DNA of 64,000 nucleotides from Anthoceros angustus (lineage: Eukaryota > Plantae > Anthocerotophyta). Positions 1 through 11,111 of this stretch are shown here, piece after piece. The stretch spans positions 806,001-870,000 of the forward strand of contig MU008183.1 of assembly GCA_010909165.1 (NCBI GenBank), written 5' to 3'. Positions within the stretch are counted from its first letter, which is position 1, and every line of letters starts with the position of its first letter. The position numbers were made by a program, and so were the translations under genes. Below the pieces are notes generated by a model that was given only the letters and a program-made list of their open reading frames with translations, had not been told where the DNA came from and did not search any database.

Positions 1-280
1 ATGAGAATCATAGCTGCTCTAAGTAGCAAAACATAGAAGGCAGATAGTAGAAAGCTTTGCACAAAAGAGTTGTATGCATTGATTATAATAGAAAGTACAA
101 AGCCTTTATATAGGCTAGGTGGTTATAACCATAAGGTGGTTGTAACCATAAGTAGTTCTAACCTCTAGGTGGTTGAAACAACTAACTACTAAATAAACTA
201 CCTAAAGCCCTAAGAACTAAATTAAATAATAGTCTTAGGTGCCCTAGTGAAGAGTGCCTTAAATAGGTCATATTTCATCA
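1..280 (-). mobile_element. 3' LTR of Copia element X (runs off the window start by about 2 bp)
   Basis: On the minus strand it starts TGATGAAATA at 280, directly after a PPT-like GTGAGTGGGAG (281-291). Its other end (ATGAGAATCATAGC, 1-14) is identical to the LTR remnant beside the Met PBS at 21284-21297. Confidence 0.6.
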
Positions 281-748
281 CTCCCACTCACTATGAACTA
301 GGTGTGAAGAAATAGCTTCAAAATAAGCCTAAAAAGGTTAGTTAGCTCCCACTAACTTGAAAGCTACCCGCTAACTAAGAAAACAATTAAAAACTGGCTT
401 AAGTTACATTTAAGCAGAATTTAATGTAATCAAAATTAATTACCAAAAACTTAATTAGGAAAATGGTAAATTCCTAAACAAGGTAAAAAGATAAAAGTAA
501 AACTTAAACTAGGTTAATCTTAGTAAAAACCATAGGTAAAAGTTAAAGGAAAACTTGAAAGAGGTAAAAATGAAAACCCATTAAATGGGTAACGGCCCGG
601 GCCATATGATGCCCGTCCGTATGCCCATGTGGGGGGGTCATACCGTTAATGTACCCTCCCCCATACGGTTTTATTTCTGACGCTTCCCGCTCCATCGCGC
701 TCCCCGCTCCTGTCGCCCTCCTCTCATTCTGAACCCAAAGAAAGCACC

Positions 749-1456
749 TTGCGGCCATGGCTCGAGACGGATTCGGTGCGGAAAGGGGCGCGCGCGTCCG
801 TCGGAGGGACGTGCAACCACCGGCGGGCGCCCGGCCCGCCACACATGTACCATCGCCCTGCGGTCGCACGGCGCCGATGCTGCAGGAGGATGAACGCCGA
901 CCTGCCTGCAGCGGGAAAAAGAAATTGGGAGGAGCGCCCCCGGGAGGGATCGCGCTCGAGCGAGCCCCCTCGGTGCCACAGTGATCCTCACCGCATCTGG
1001 ATTCCAACTTTTGTTGAGAGCCCACCACGATTTCGTGGTGGTAGGAAGTGGTCTGGCACTCGTGTCAATGTCGAAGTCACCTTTGGAGAGGTGGAGGTCG
1101 TCCCTGCAGGTGCTGGAGGTCGCCAATTGATGTGTGAGTGCTGCCGGATGCGGAAATACCTCACTCAGGCCGGGAAATTGGAGAAAGATGTTGCCCCCAT
1201 GTCTTGTCTCAATTTGCTGAAGGTGCCTGCTGCCAATCCCAAGCCGCCTGCTCGTACTGCAGCATCTTGCAGTTGTGTGCAGATGAGGGATCGTCGAGGA
1301 AGATTCCAGAAGGTTCTTGTGGAGAAGAAACCGCCTGAGATTGTTCTCTCATCTGATTCAACTGCCTTGGAAGAGTCTTCATGGAAGGGCTTCCCTGCTT
1401 CTGCTGATGAAGACGAGGCTGTAACCTCAAGTAAGACACCCCCTGGTTGTGTGTAG
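749..1456 (+). CDS. Possible antisense ORF in the 3' region of Copia X, unknown function
   Basis: 235-aa ORF in a GC-rich island between pol and the PPT, with a Cys cluster (MCECCRMRK, CSC). No recognisable domain; the N-terminus is probably frameshifted. Confidence 0.3.
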   Translation: MRPWLETDSVRKGARASVGGTCNHRRAPGPPHMYHRPAVARRRCCRRMNADLPAAGKRNWEERPREGSRSSEPPRCHSDPHRIWIPTFVESPPRFRGGRKWSGTRVNVEVTFGEVEVVPAGAGGRQLMCECCRMRKYLTQAGKLEKDVAPMSCLNLLKVPAANPKPPARTAASCSCVQMRDRRGRFQKVLVEKKPPEIVLSSDSTALEESSWKGFPASADEDEAVTSSKTPPGCV

Positions 1457-1965
1457 CAAGGTATTCCCCCCCTGTCGTGAAGGGGAGGTACCTTGGAGCA
1501 GGATGTAGGATGCCTCCCCTTCTTTCGTGAGGGAGAGGCACCGAGTTGTAAGCCCGTTTGTGGGCATGTTTAAGTGACCATTTTCCAGTTCCAAAAATAT
1601 AAATTGTAATGAATTTTCTGATACTATTTTCGCAGATTTATGTATGGAAAATTGTGGGAAAAAGGAAAATGAAGTGGAAAATGAAGAAAATGAGAAAAAT
1701 GAAAAAGGTAGACATGCCTTTTGTGATTCTAAAAAGGTGTTCTAACTTATTTTTCTCTTGCTAAAAACTTGCCCATTTTTAGATTTCTTTTCTGGCCCCG
1801 AAGGAAGACATAGGATAGGAAACATAGGGTTCTGGAAGCCCGGCATATATCCCAAGGGTGATGATGTGAAGCTCATCTATATAATCACTAATATGAAAGG
1901 GGAGAGCGGGCCAGACGTACCACCATGCTCCTATGTTTGCCAGGAAACTAAGATACACATATGGG

Positions 1966-2030
1966 TTATGTATGTTGTCTATGAAGAATTTCCCGGAGTT
2001 ATGTATGTTGTCTGTGAAGAATTTCCCGGA
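1966..2030. repeat. 33-bp tandem duplication
   Basis: TTATGTATGTTGTCT(A/G)TGAAGAATTTCCCGGA occurs twice back to back. Confidence 0.85.
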
Positions 2031-2294
2031 CATATGATCCATGTCTATCGTAAGTATTCCTGAGGCTAAGAAAATATGGAAAAGTTTTAATTAGCAAAAT
2101 ATTATTTAATATTTTAATATTATTTTTCAGAGAGCTCCTCAACTATGTATGAAGGAGAGGACGTAGGCTACGAGGCCTATGTTGAGATTGAGGATGATTG
2201 TTCAGAAGACTTTGAATAAAATATTGGACTAGTTTTTTTTTTTTTTTTTAAGGTTACCTCAAGTAGACCAATTTAGCTGCTAGGATGAACTCTA

Positions 2295-2555
2295 TGAAGG
2301 ATCGTGTGGCAACACATGATGGTGGAAAGAGGAGAGGAGAGGAGGAGGCAAGTGTAACTCTCTCACATTGAGATGAGGCTTGGAGGGTATTTATACCCTC
2401 CAATAGGGCTCCCTAGGAAGCTCCACAAGAAGCCCTAGGAAGGAGCACAAGAAGCTTCCTAGTGATTAGCTTCAGCTAAACTAATGATACTTAACTGACA
2501 CCTAACTTAGACTAAGTGTATTAGTCTAAGTACATTGGGCTTTAATACCCTTACA
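2295..2555 (-). repeat. Copia-1 3' LTR (TGTAAGGG...CCTTCA)
   Basis: TG...CA ends, TATA in the palindromic context GGAGGGTATAAATACCCTCC, near-identical to the solo LTR at 21767-22028. Confidence 0.9.
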
Positions 2556-5551
2556 ACCTCCCACTTAAAGGCCAATTTACCTTCAGAGAGAATGGACTAT
2601 CTCATGCCCATCTGTCCGAGCTTGTGCAAATTGCTCGTAGAGAGTCCCTTGGTAAGAATATCGGGTTCGGCCGGTGTGAACCTTGACAAGTTGTACCCTC
2701 TTGTCATCCAACACCTCTCGAATGAAGTGATACTTCACATCCACATGTTTAGTCTTCGCATGAAACATCGGATTCTTTGCCAATTGATAGCACTGCTATC
2801 ACAATGCAACACCGGCAGCTCAACCTTGATCCCCAAGTCTCCCACTAAACGAGCAAGCCATATGGCTTCCTTGCAAGCCTGTCGCAACATATACCGTGGT
2901 AGATAGCGAATGCACGATCGCAAACGAGATCGCCATGAGATCGCCTCCAAAGGCACATGAAGACATAACTCGATGTGGACCTCCTTTTGTCCATATCCTC
3001 GATAATCAGATCTGTACCCAACCACACATGCATCTTCACTACCAAAACATATGCACAAAGCTTTTGTACCATTCGGATACCTCATAACTCCTTTTATCGC
3101 CTCCCAATGCTTCTTGCTGTGGTTTGACATAAACTCGCTAACCACTCCCACCGCAAAGGCAATGTCGACGTAGCAATCATTGCATACATCAAACTCCCAC
3201 ACGATGAGTATGGGACCTTCTCCATTTCAGCTTTGTCCTCCTCGAGCTTGGGCAATCCGCTTGAAAGTTTCACATATGGAGGCAATGGAGTACCCAATGG
3301 CTTCCCTTCTCCATGTTGAAACGTTGAAGCACCTGTTAATGTATTCCGTGAGACAAATAAAGCGCTTATGTCTGCTTCGACGAATACGCATGCCAAGTAT
3401 ATGGCTCGCCTCCCAAGTCTCGCTATTTCAAAGTGAGCATTCAACTTTGACTTCAACAAATCTCATCAAGATCGCTCCAAAGAATTAGCATATCATCCAC
3501 ATAGAGGATCAAAATGAGCAAGCTTTGATCCTTAGCTTGCTTCAGATAGAGGCAATGATCCTCATCGCCACGCTTGTAGCCTTGAGAAAGCATAAATGAG
3601 TGGAACTTGTGATACCACTGGTGCCTGCTTCAAACCATAAAGGCTCTTCCTCAACCTCGCACACCGATTCTCTTTGCCCTTCTCAACAAAACCTTCGTTC
3701 GCATGTAGACTCTTGAAGGTCACCATGCAAGAATGCCGCCTTGACATCCATCCGCATAAGTTCCATATCATTCCCCGCAACCAAAGCAAGAACACATCGC
3801 AAAGTTGTCATTTTGACTCGGTGAGAAAATCTCATCAAAGTCAATGCCTGTTGTTGCTTGAAACCCTTAGCAACCAATCGTGCCTTGTACTTTGGTTTGC
3901 CATCAAGGTATGACCTTCATCTTGTACACCCATTTGCACCAGAGTGCCTTCTTATCCTTAGGCAACCAACTCCCAAGTTTGGTTCTTATGCAATTCATTT
4001 CGATCGCATGGCCTTCTCCCACTTCTCTTTGTTACTCATTGACATGGCCTCTTTGTAAGAAGAGGGTTCCCCACAACTCCGCAAGATAACATAATCCGTA
4101 GATGGATCATACGCCGTGAGGTCGTAATCCGCCTCGACCCACGGGCACGTGCACCTCTATAGGTGCTTGTTCGACTCTTGGTTCATCTATCGGTGGAGGA
4201 ATGTGCTCGCACATTACCACGTATCAACCGCCCATGATGATCATGTCCATCTTCTTGGAAGATCACCCTTCGCACCTCCACAGCTTGGAGTAGGCTTCCG
4301 TGCATCTTGTTCTCATTGAAGAACACGTTAGTACGAACAACCTTTCTAGCCTCGATCCCACAAACGGTATCCCATCTCACCGTAATCACCATAGCCAAGA
4401 AAAATACATTTCTTGGACTTAGGTGCCAACTTGTCCCAAACTCTTTTGGAACATGGCAAGATGCCTCACCAAACACTCGCAGATGCTTGTAGGATGGTTT
4501 CTTTCCGCACCATAGCTCCTCGAACCCGCCATCAACAAATTTTATTAGGAGATCTGTTAATAAGATGAACTGCAGAGACATCGCTCGCCCAAAACCCATT
4601 AGGCAATCCGTAGTTTGACAACAACCACGATCCTCTCCTCGAATGGTTCTGCTCATCCGCCCCACACCATTTTGTGGAGGAGATACGGCATAATTCTTTT
4701 GATTCCTTGGAATCACGAATGACTGAAAGCTAAACATACTTCCACCATTATCTCCTTAGACACTTCAATCGGCTGATCGATTCTCTACAAGGGTGACAAA
4801 TTTCAAACACCCGTAACTTCATCCTTTTTCCTCAAAGGATAAACCCACACCTTGCATGAGAAATCATCTATGAAAGTGACAAAATAGGTGGCACCGCCTA
4901 ATGATGCAGAGGCATAGGTCCACATACATCATGAACCAACTCAAGAGGTTTACTCTACTTTTACCTCGTGTTCGATGTGATGATTTTGTCTGCTTCCCAT
5001 ATAAACAAAGGCTCACACATCGAGAGATCGAGAAGTTAAGAACAGGATATAACCGTAACGAGATAAAACCTTCATTCCCTTCTCGAGACATATGTCCTAA
5101 CCGCAATGCCACAAGGAAACATTTGGCCGCTCACACGATCACATGATCTTTGACAGGTTTACTCAAGTGAGTACAAAGTGCCACACTTCGATCCACGAGC
5201 TAACACAAGAGAACCTTTGAGATCTTCCAAGAGTGATCCCCAAACCAAGAAGTGGTAACCAAAGATCATCCAACCCCCGCGCTAATCATGCTCTTTGTCA
5301 ACTTCGAACATGCCTAACGCCCTTCAAAGATGAATGAAGATCCGTTGTCAAACTTGAGTTGCACATCACCTACGCCTGCGATCTGGCATGCGTAGTTATT
5401 TCCAAGCCTAACGCATCCTTTCCTTGTAGCATCATACGTGCTAAACCACTCTCTATGAGGAGTAACATGGAAAGATGCACCAAAGTCACTAGGTCACCTG
5501 CATAGTCACAAGAAGCCCCTAGGAAGGAGCACAAGAAGCTTCCTAGTGATT
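2295..5551 (-). mobile_element. Copia-1: 5'-deleted Ty1/copia LTR retrotransposon nested in X
   Basis: 3' LTR 2295-2555 with PPT AAGTGGGAGGT. Frameshifted pol has RNase H (NPMFHAKTKHVDVKYHF, 2583-2783), RT (LKKSLYGLKQAP-like, ~3100-3900), integrase (PPQNGV, KPSYKHLRVFG, 4183-4737) and protease (DFGASFHVTPHREWF, ~5440-5490). Only a 45-bp internal LTR piece remains at 5507-5551. Confidence 0.85.
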
Positions 5552-8433
5552 GGCTGGAGGCTTAGAAAATGTGTCCAATATACCTAAACATTTCATGTGT
5601 TTCCTGTGCAGTTCAATGCCTAATGACTTTGTTAATAAATCAGCTGCGTTATCTAAAGTTTGAACATAACTAATATCTATAGTTTTATCCTCTATTTTCT
5701 CTCTGATGTAATGATATTCGATAGCAATATGTTTAGTTCTAGAGTGGAAGACAGGGTTCCTTGACAAGGCTATAGCTCCCTGACTATCACTCAACAACAA
5801 GGTGGGCTTTTCCTGCTTATGAAGAAGTTCAGCAAAGGGTGTAGGTGCAGATTTCGCATCTTCAAGTCCAAATTTGGTTAAACTCTCTTTGATGTACTTG
5901 GTTTGAACAATACTCAGAGTCTTGTTTGCTCGATCTCTAATAATGTTGACACCAAGTGCATATGTCATTTCTCCTAAATCAGACATTTCATAAAAGTCTT
6001 GAGCCTTTTGATCTCGGCTAGGAGAGTAAGGAGTTTGTGGCCATGAATACGTCCGACGAGAGCAATAAGTAAAAGATATCATTGCCTGATATTAGGATAT
6101 ACATGCATGCATCGGCATCACTTTGCCGGAAGCCTCTTTTGATGAGTTTCACATGTATGTCCATATTCCAATTTTTACCAGATTGCTTGAGACCATACAA
6201 GCCTTTAATTAGTCTGCATACCCAATCTTCCTTGCCTTTAACCTCATAACCTTCGGGCTGTTTCATGTAGATTTCTTCTTGAAGACGGCCATAGAGATAT
6301 GTTGTCTTCACATCCATCATATGAAGCTCAAGATCATGATGGGCTGTTAAGGCGAAGATTATTCTAAGGGAAGCAAACTTTGCTACTGGAGCGAATGTGG
6401 CCCATGGGAGGTAATCTAAACCCGTATCGGGTGAATCCTCGCCACAAGGCGTGCTTTGTATCTCTCAATGGAACCATCTCCTTTTCTCTTAATTTTGAAT
6501 ACCCATTTGCTGGTGACTATCTTCCTACCCTTAGGTGGCTTAACCAATTCCCATGTAGAGTTGCTAATGAGAGAGTTATATTAATCTCTACCTTCCATAA
6601 GGCTTTTCGTGAGAAGAGAAAGCTTGTTTTAAGGTAAGAGGTTCTTACGGATCTATGGTTGCCTTGTATACTTTGTGAGTAAAGTGACAGGGGAATAGGA
6701 TCATCAAAACAGCTAGATATCCTAAAGGAGGTTCCTTCCATCCTGCGGGTCCGGGATTGCGTGACGGGTTCTTAAGTTGTACCTTTGTGTAGGTTCCGTG
6801 CATCTTCCATCGGAGCAGAACATCAATAGGATCATGGTGCTCCATGTCATTCACGGAGGGTCATCATGCTCTTCATAAGAGTGTCAACCGGCTCCTCGAC
6901 TTGAATGTTGTCGCCATCCGGTGGTGTTTCATGTGGAATAGATGCTAACTCCTCCTCCTCCTGCGTAGAGGTTCAACCATGGGAACACGAGAGGTGAACT
7001 GGAAATTGAGTGATATAATGATTATCATCAAATGAGGAGGTATCCGGGCTCTTCTAAGAGACGTCCTCGTGGCCGGATGGACCAGCTCCCACTGGGGAAA
7101 AGAGGTAAGACTCATGAAAAGTAACACTCGGCATATATAAGCTTCCGTGGTGGGTTCAAATAGCTTGTAACCTTTGATGCCTTGATTGTAGCCAATGAAT
7201 AGATATTTGGCAGCTTTTGGATCTAACTTCGTTGTACTTTAGGGATAAAGACATATGCAGAGATCCAAAAATTCAAGGTGATCTATGGAAGGCTTGTTGC
7301 CGGTGAATGCTTCATATGGAGTCATACCGGGAACTGATGAAGTCGGAAGGCGATTCATGAGATAGGTTGTAAGGAGGGCCTCAAATAAGCTTTGGATAAG
7401 TTAGCTTGTGTTAGGCAACTGTGATCTCTTGGAGGCGGAGATTCTTATTTTCTGCGACGCCATTTTGCTGAGGAGTGTATACTACACTTAGTTGTTGAGC
7501 TACGCCTTCAGCTCGACAAAATTCAGCAAATCTATGAGATGTAAACTCTCCACCGTTGTCGGAACGTAAGGTCTTGAGTTTGTGATCTGTAAGCCTTTCT
7601 GCCCATGCCATGTAATCCTTGAAAAACTGATAAGTTTCACTCTTTTGGGTGAGGATGTAGGAGAGGCAGAAACGGGAATAGTCGTCGGTGAAAGTCAAGA
7701 AGTATCTACTACCACTAAAGGAGGGTGTAGAGAGGGGTCCACAAATGTCTGTGTGTACTATCTCTAAAGGTGACTTGGCCCTTTGTGGAGATGGATTTTT
7801 GAAAGGTTCCTGGTGACGTTTTGTGAGGACACAGGTTTCGCACCAATCTAAGTTGTGAACCTTGGAGAGACAGGGTGTTCTATACAGGTTGTCTCTAGAC
7901 ATTTGGAGTAACTTCTGACTATTAGGATGACCTAATCTACAATGCCAGAGCATCGTGTGTGTGGTAATGTTGGGAGGCTACATTGACGGAATGTGGCTCC
8001 TACTTTAATCGACAATCTATAGAGTCCATCTTCTAAGATGCCAGTGCAGATATTGTGTGTTCTATTCTTGAGGTAGGAAAGGAACAACTATCGCATATAA
8101 AAGGACCTGCATGTTGTGTTCTTTGCAAAGACTAGCGACACTAGGTTTTGCACATGGCGAACATGGAGGACTTGGTGAAGATGAAGAGTCCGACCGAATC
8201 ACATCCGAGTGTAACCTAGGCCGCTATGGAAGGTGTGATCATCGCCTGTGAGAACAATGATGTCCTGTGGTCGGGTGTATGACTCAAGGAGTCTTTGTTG
8301 TAGCAGATATGTGATGTTGCTCCACCGTCTGTACCAATAAGCTGGCCGGCTTAGAGGATGCAAGGCAAATAGTGAGCACACGTGTTGTTGATGAAGAGTG
8401 TTTCTTGAAGCAACATGAGCTTGCAATGGGCTC
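5543..8433 (-). pseudogene. Copia X pol, 3' part (PR, GAG-pre-integrase, integrase, RT, RNase H), frameshifted
   Basis: Protease WY.DGGATSHIC (~8290-8340), LWHCRLGHP and HTDICGP..FTDDYSR..LRSDNGGEF..PQQNGVAE (7411-7953), RT LIKGLYGLKQSG (6018-6320), RNase H NPVFHSRTKHIAIEYHYIRE (5543-5800). Confidence 0.85.
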
Positions 8434-8600
8434 TGCCAAGAATGCTGGGTCTGGCTGCAGACTCCTTCGTCGCAATAAAGAAAATTGCCCTGGCCTTTGG
8501 CCAAGGACACTAAGTTCTTCCTTGGCCTTTGGCCAGGCAAGAAAGTTCCCGGCCTTAGCCAGGAACAAGGCAAAGGAGGCATAAATAGCCTCCGACATGA
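8434..8600 (+). repeat. Repeat B, copy 1 (LTR-like; left end of the insertion that splits Copia X)
   Basis: Begins TGCCAAGAATG, contains GGAGGCATAAATAGCCTCC (TATA-like motif inside an inverted repeat), and is homologous to 9208-9388. Confidence 0.6.
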
Positions 8601-8605
8601 ATCAG

Positions 8606-9171
8606 TGAAATCAAGTTGGTTGCCCGAGGCTCCCACTTGATCTGCAGTTCCCAAAAGTCACAAGAGAGAAATAAGACAAGTTGTAGGGACGAAGTATGGC
8701 TGCCTTTCCATTCAGACAAACATCTACAATCCAAGAATCCATGGTCGGGCCCACATATATAGGCAAAACCCTGTGAGTTCTCGATGAAGTGCCTCCTCGC
8801 TCGATGGTAGGCACTTTAGGTATATATATAATCCTACTTTCCTTGGCCTTCGAATAAATAATAATGTTTATGAGTTCAACCATCTATTCGCCCTTTTCCT
8901 TGATTTACGATTTTTATGTGTTTTTCAATATAGTTCCGATGCCTATATATGCGTCATGCCACCGCGCCTTACATACATAACCATGTATATAGATTGCATG
9001 TGTCATGACACATCGTCCGTTAACATGTCCACATACATCACATGTCATCCATCCGTCATGCATACATACCATGTGCATGCCATCCATGGGCGATGCACAT
9101 GCCATCACATGCACGCATCCAAATCAAGTGGCTTATGCCAAATGGGATGCCAATCGATCGTCGTTGTTTCA
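8606..9171 (-). repeat. 3' LTR of the gypsy-MTase element
   Basis: About 566 bp, TGAAACA...ATTTCA on the minus strand; aligns along its length with 18950-19503. Confidence 0.8.
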
Positions 9172-9207
9172 TCCTCTTGCTCGTCTTTCACAAAGAATAA
9201 GATGATA

Positions 9208-9388
9208 TGTCAAGAATGGCCGCATAGCCGCATGCCGCGGCTCGACCGCAGACTCCTTCTGCCTGCAGCAAAGTGTCCTTGGCCTTTGGCAAGGACACTA
9301 AGTTCTTCCTTGGCCTTTGGCCAAAGAAAGTTCCCGGCCTTAGCCAAGGAACAAGGCAAAGGAGGCATAAATAGCCTCCGACATGACA
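9208..9388 (+). repeat. Repeat B, copy 2 (TGTCA...TGACA), just inside the PPT
   Basis: Shares CAAGGACACTAAGTTCTTCCTTGGCCTTTGGCCA...GGCATAAATAGCCTCCGACATGA with 8434-8600. Confidence 0.6.
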
Positions 9389-10431
9389 CTGAAAACTGGG
9401 GTGAAAACCCACTTTTCCACACTGTCACAATCCAAAAAAAAAGAACTTACCAAAGGCCAAACCATCCTTTCTCGCAGCGCTCAGGTGTGAGGTTAGGTGG
9501 AGGATCTGCATCACTCTCTAAGTCCTCATCATCCGATTCTTCAACAGTTCGGGCTTGATCTCCTCAGCTTGACTCCAAGTGCAAGAAACTCAAAAATAGG
9601 ACTGTCAGAGCTACCCTCCCGCTCGGATAATCAAAACAGTTTGGGGCAATGAATGTCATGTGCGGTGCTGCTGAAAAATGCCCCTCTCCGAATCCCATCT
9701 TTGTTTGCTCAATGTAAGGGATCTTCAATGCGTGACGCGATAAATTGCCTAGGCCATCCAACAACGGTGTGGCCTGTCTTGAGGTGATGGAAGAATAGCC
9801 GCCTTTCGGTAGACTAACCTTTCTCGCACCCCTGCCTCCCACATGATCGCTCCTTGGGCAACCTCAAGCCATCAAACACTTGATGCATGAAGAAGTTGCT
9901 GGATTTGCGCCATTCACAGAGGCTGTCCATGTCCAAGACATGGCACGGAGTCCTATGCAACTCAAACAATCACGGTGATCTGTGGGGTAAAACTCCACTC
10001 GACACCGCTCATGGTGTGTTTCCACATACAGCAGGAACTCGCCGAGCTCCCTAAAACTCACTGGGGGAATTCCCCTCTCGGGCTGATATGCCCGCTGCAG
10101 TGACAAATCCCATTTGCTTGCGCCCTCGTTATTCAGAGTCGGAGGAACGCGTGCTGGGAGATGCTGCACCAAGTTGCCGCACCTGCACACCTTTGGTGGC
10201 ACTACTTCAAGAACAGCAACTCTGGACGACTGCACTCGGCCGCTCATGCTCTTGTGTGTCTCAGAGGAGCAAACCGCCCTCCGCCTCCCGAGCCCCTTGT
10301 CCTAGTAGGCACTGCTCCTTCTCACGCCGTGGCGTTGCATCACGACAGGTGCCCCTGCGCCTGGTTCCGAGGCTTCTTCCCCATCTCGCTGCCGTGCTTC
10401 GCCGCCCACGCCAAGCTGAGCCTCCATCTCC

Positions 10432-10989
10432 TCACCGCCGCTGCTTTCGTGGCCTCCCTCTGCGCGCTTGGGTGCTTGCACCAAACACCACCGCACCTTC
10501 TTCGCTAATTGGTGCTAGGCTTGCCTCCGCTCGCATATGGTTCGTAACTCGCTCCATCCAACTTGAACCAACTTTGCACATAAGAAGGCGAGCACTTGCT
10601 CGTGATTGTCGAGCCCCCACCGAGGAAGACTCCTCCACGCAAGACTGAATTTCGCGCGTGCTCTCTTCCACACCTGGCCTTGGTGTCACTAAATTCCTCG
10701 AGGAACCGGACAATCGCCAGAACGGTGAGTGGCTCTGAAAGGCACTCTCAAGAATAGCAGCACTCGAGTTGCCTTGTTGGCTTCTAGCCTTGGCAACAAG
10801 GAATTTGTTGGCAAGATACGCCGCACGAACTTTCCTCTTTTGCAACTCTACCGCTATTTCGCCTCGTCCTCTTGTACCCATTCCAACACGAGCAGCTGGA
10901 GTGTTACTCTCCAACTCGCTCGTGCATGAAGGTACTTCTTCTTCATTACTCGATAGATAGAGCCATGGTCGCATGCAAACTTGTTGAAT
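10432..10989 (-). CDS. C-terminal pol extension ending in an AT-hook-like motif
   Basis: ORF 10432-11040 continues from the PHD finger and ends QARRGRPRKQRR* (RRGRPRK at 10444-10464). Confidence 0.5.
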   Translation of the reverse strand: MQQVCMRPWLYLSSNEEEVPSCTSELESNTPAARVGMGTRGRGEIAVELQKRKVRAAYLANKFLVAKARSQQGNSSAAILESAFQSHSPFWRLSGSSRNLVTPRPGVEESTREIQSCVEESSSVGARQSRASARLLMCKVGSSWMERVTNHMRAEASLAPISEEGAVVFGASTQARRGRPRKQRR

Positions 10990-11111
10990 CACACGGTGTT
11001 CACATAGCCACCCTTCCGAATTTCCATCTGGTGTTAGCAAAATATGATAGCCTCTGCACTGTCACATAAGAGCATAAGCTCTTCATCCGTGGTGTGCCCG
11101 CATGCCTCACA
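10990..11111 (-). CDS. PHD finger at the integrase C-terminus
   Basis: LPCEACGHTTDEELMLLCDS, then across a frameshift GYH..C LTP..PEG.WLCEH; this fits the C4HC3 PHD spacing. Confidence 0.8.

Noticed and set aside
8914-9558. His/Met/Cys-rich ORFs here and at 19204-19588
   Set aside because: They fall in the CATG/ATGC-rich LTR sequence and are not conserved in frame between the two LTRs.
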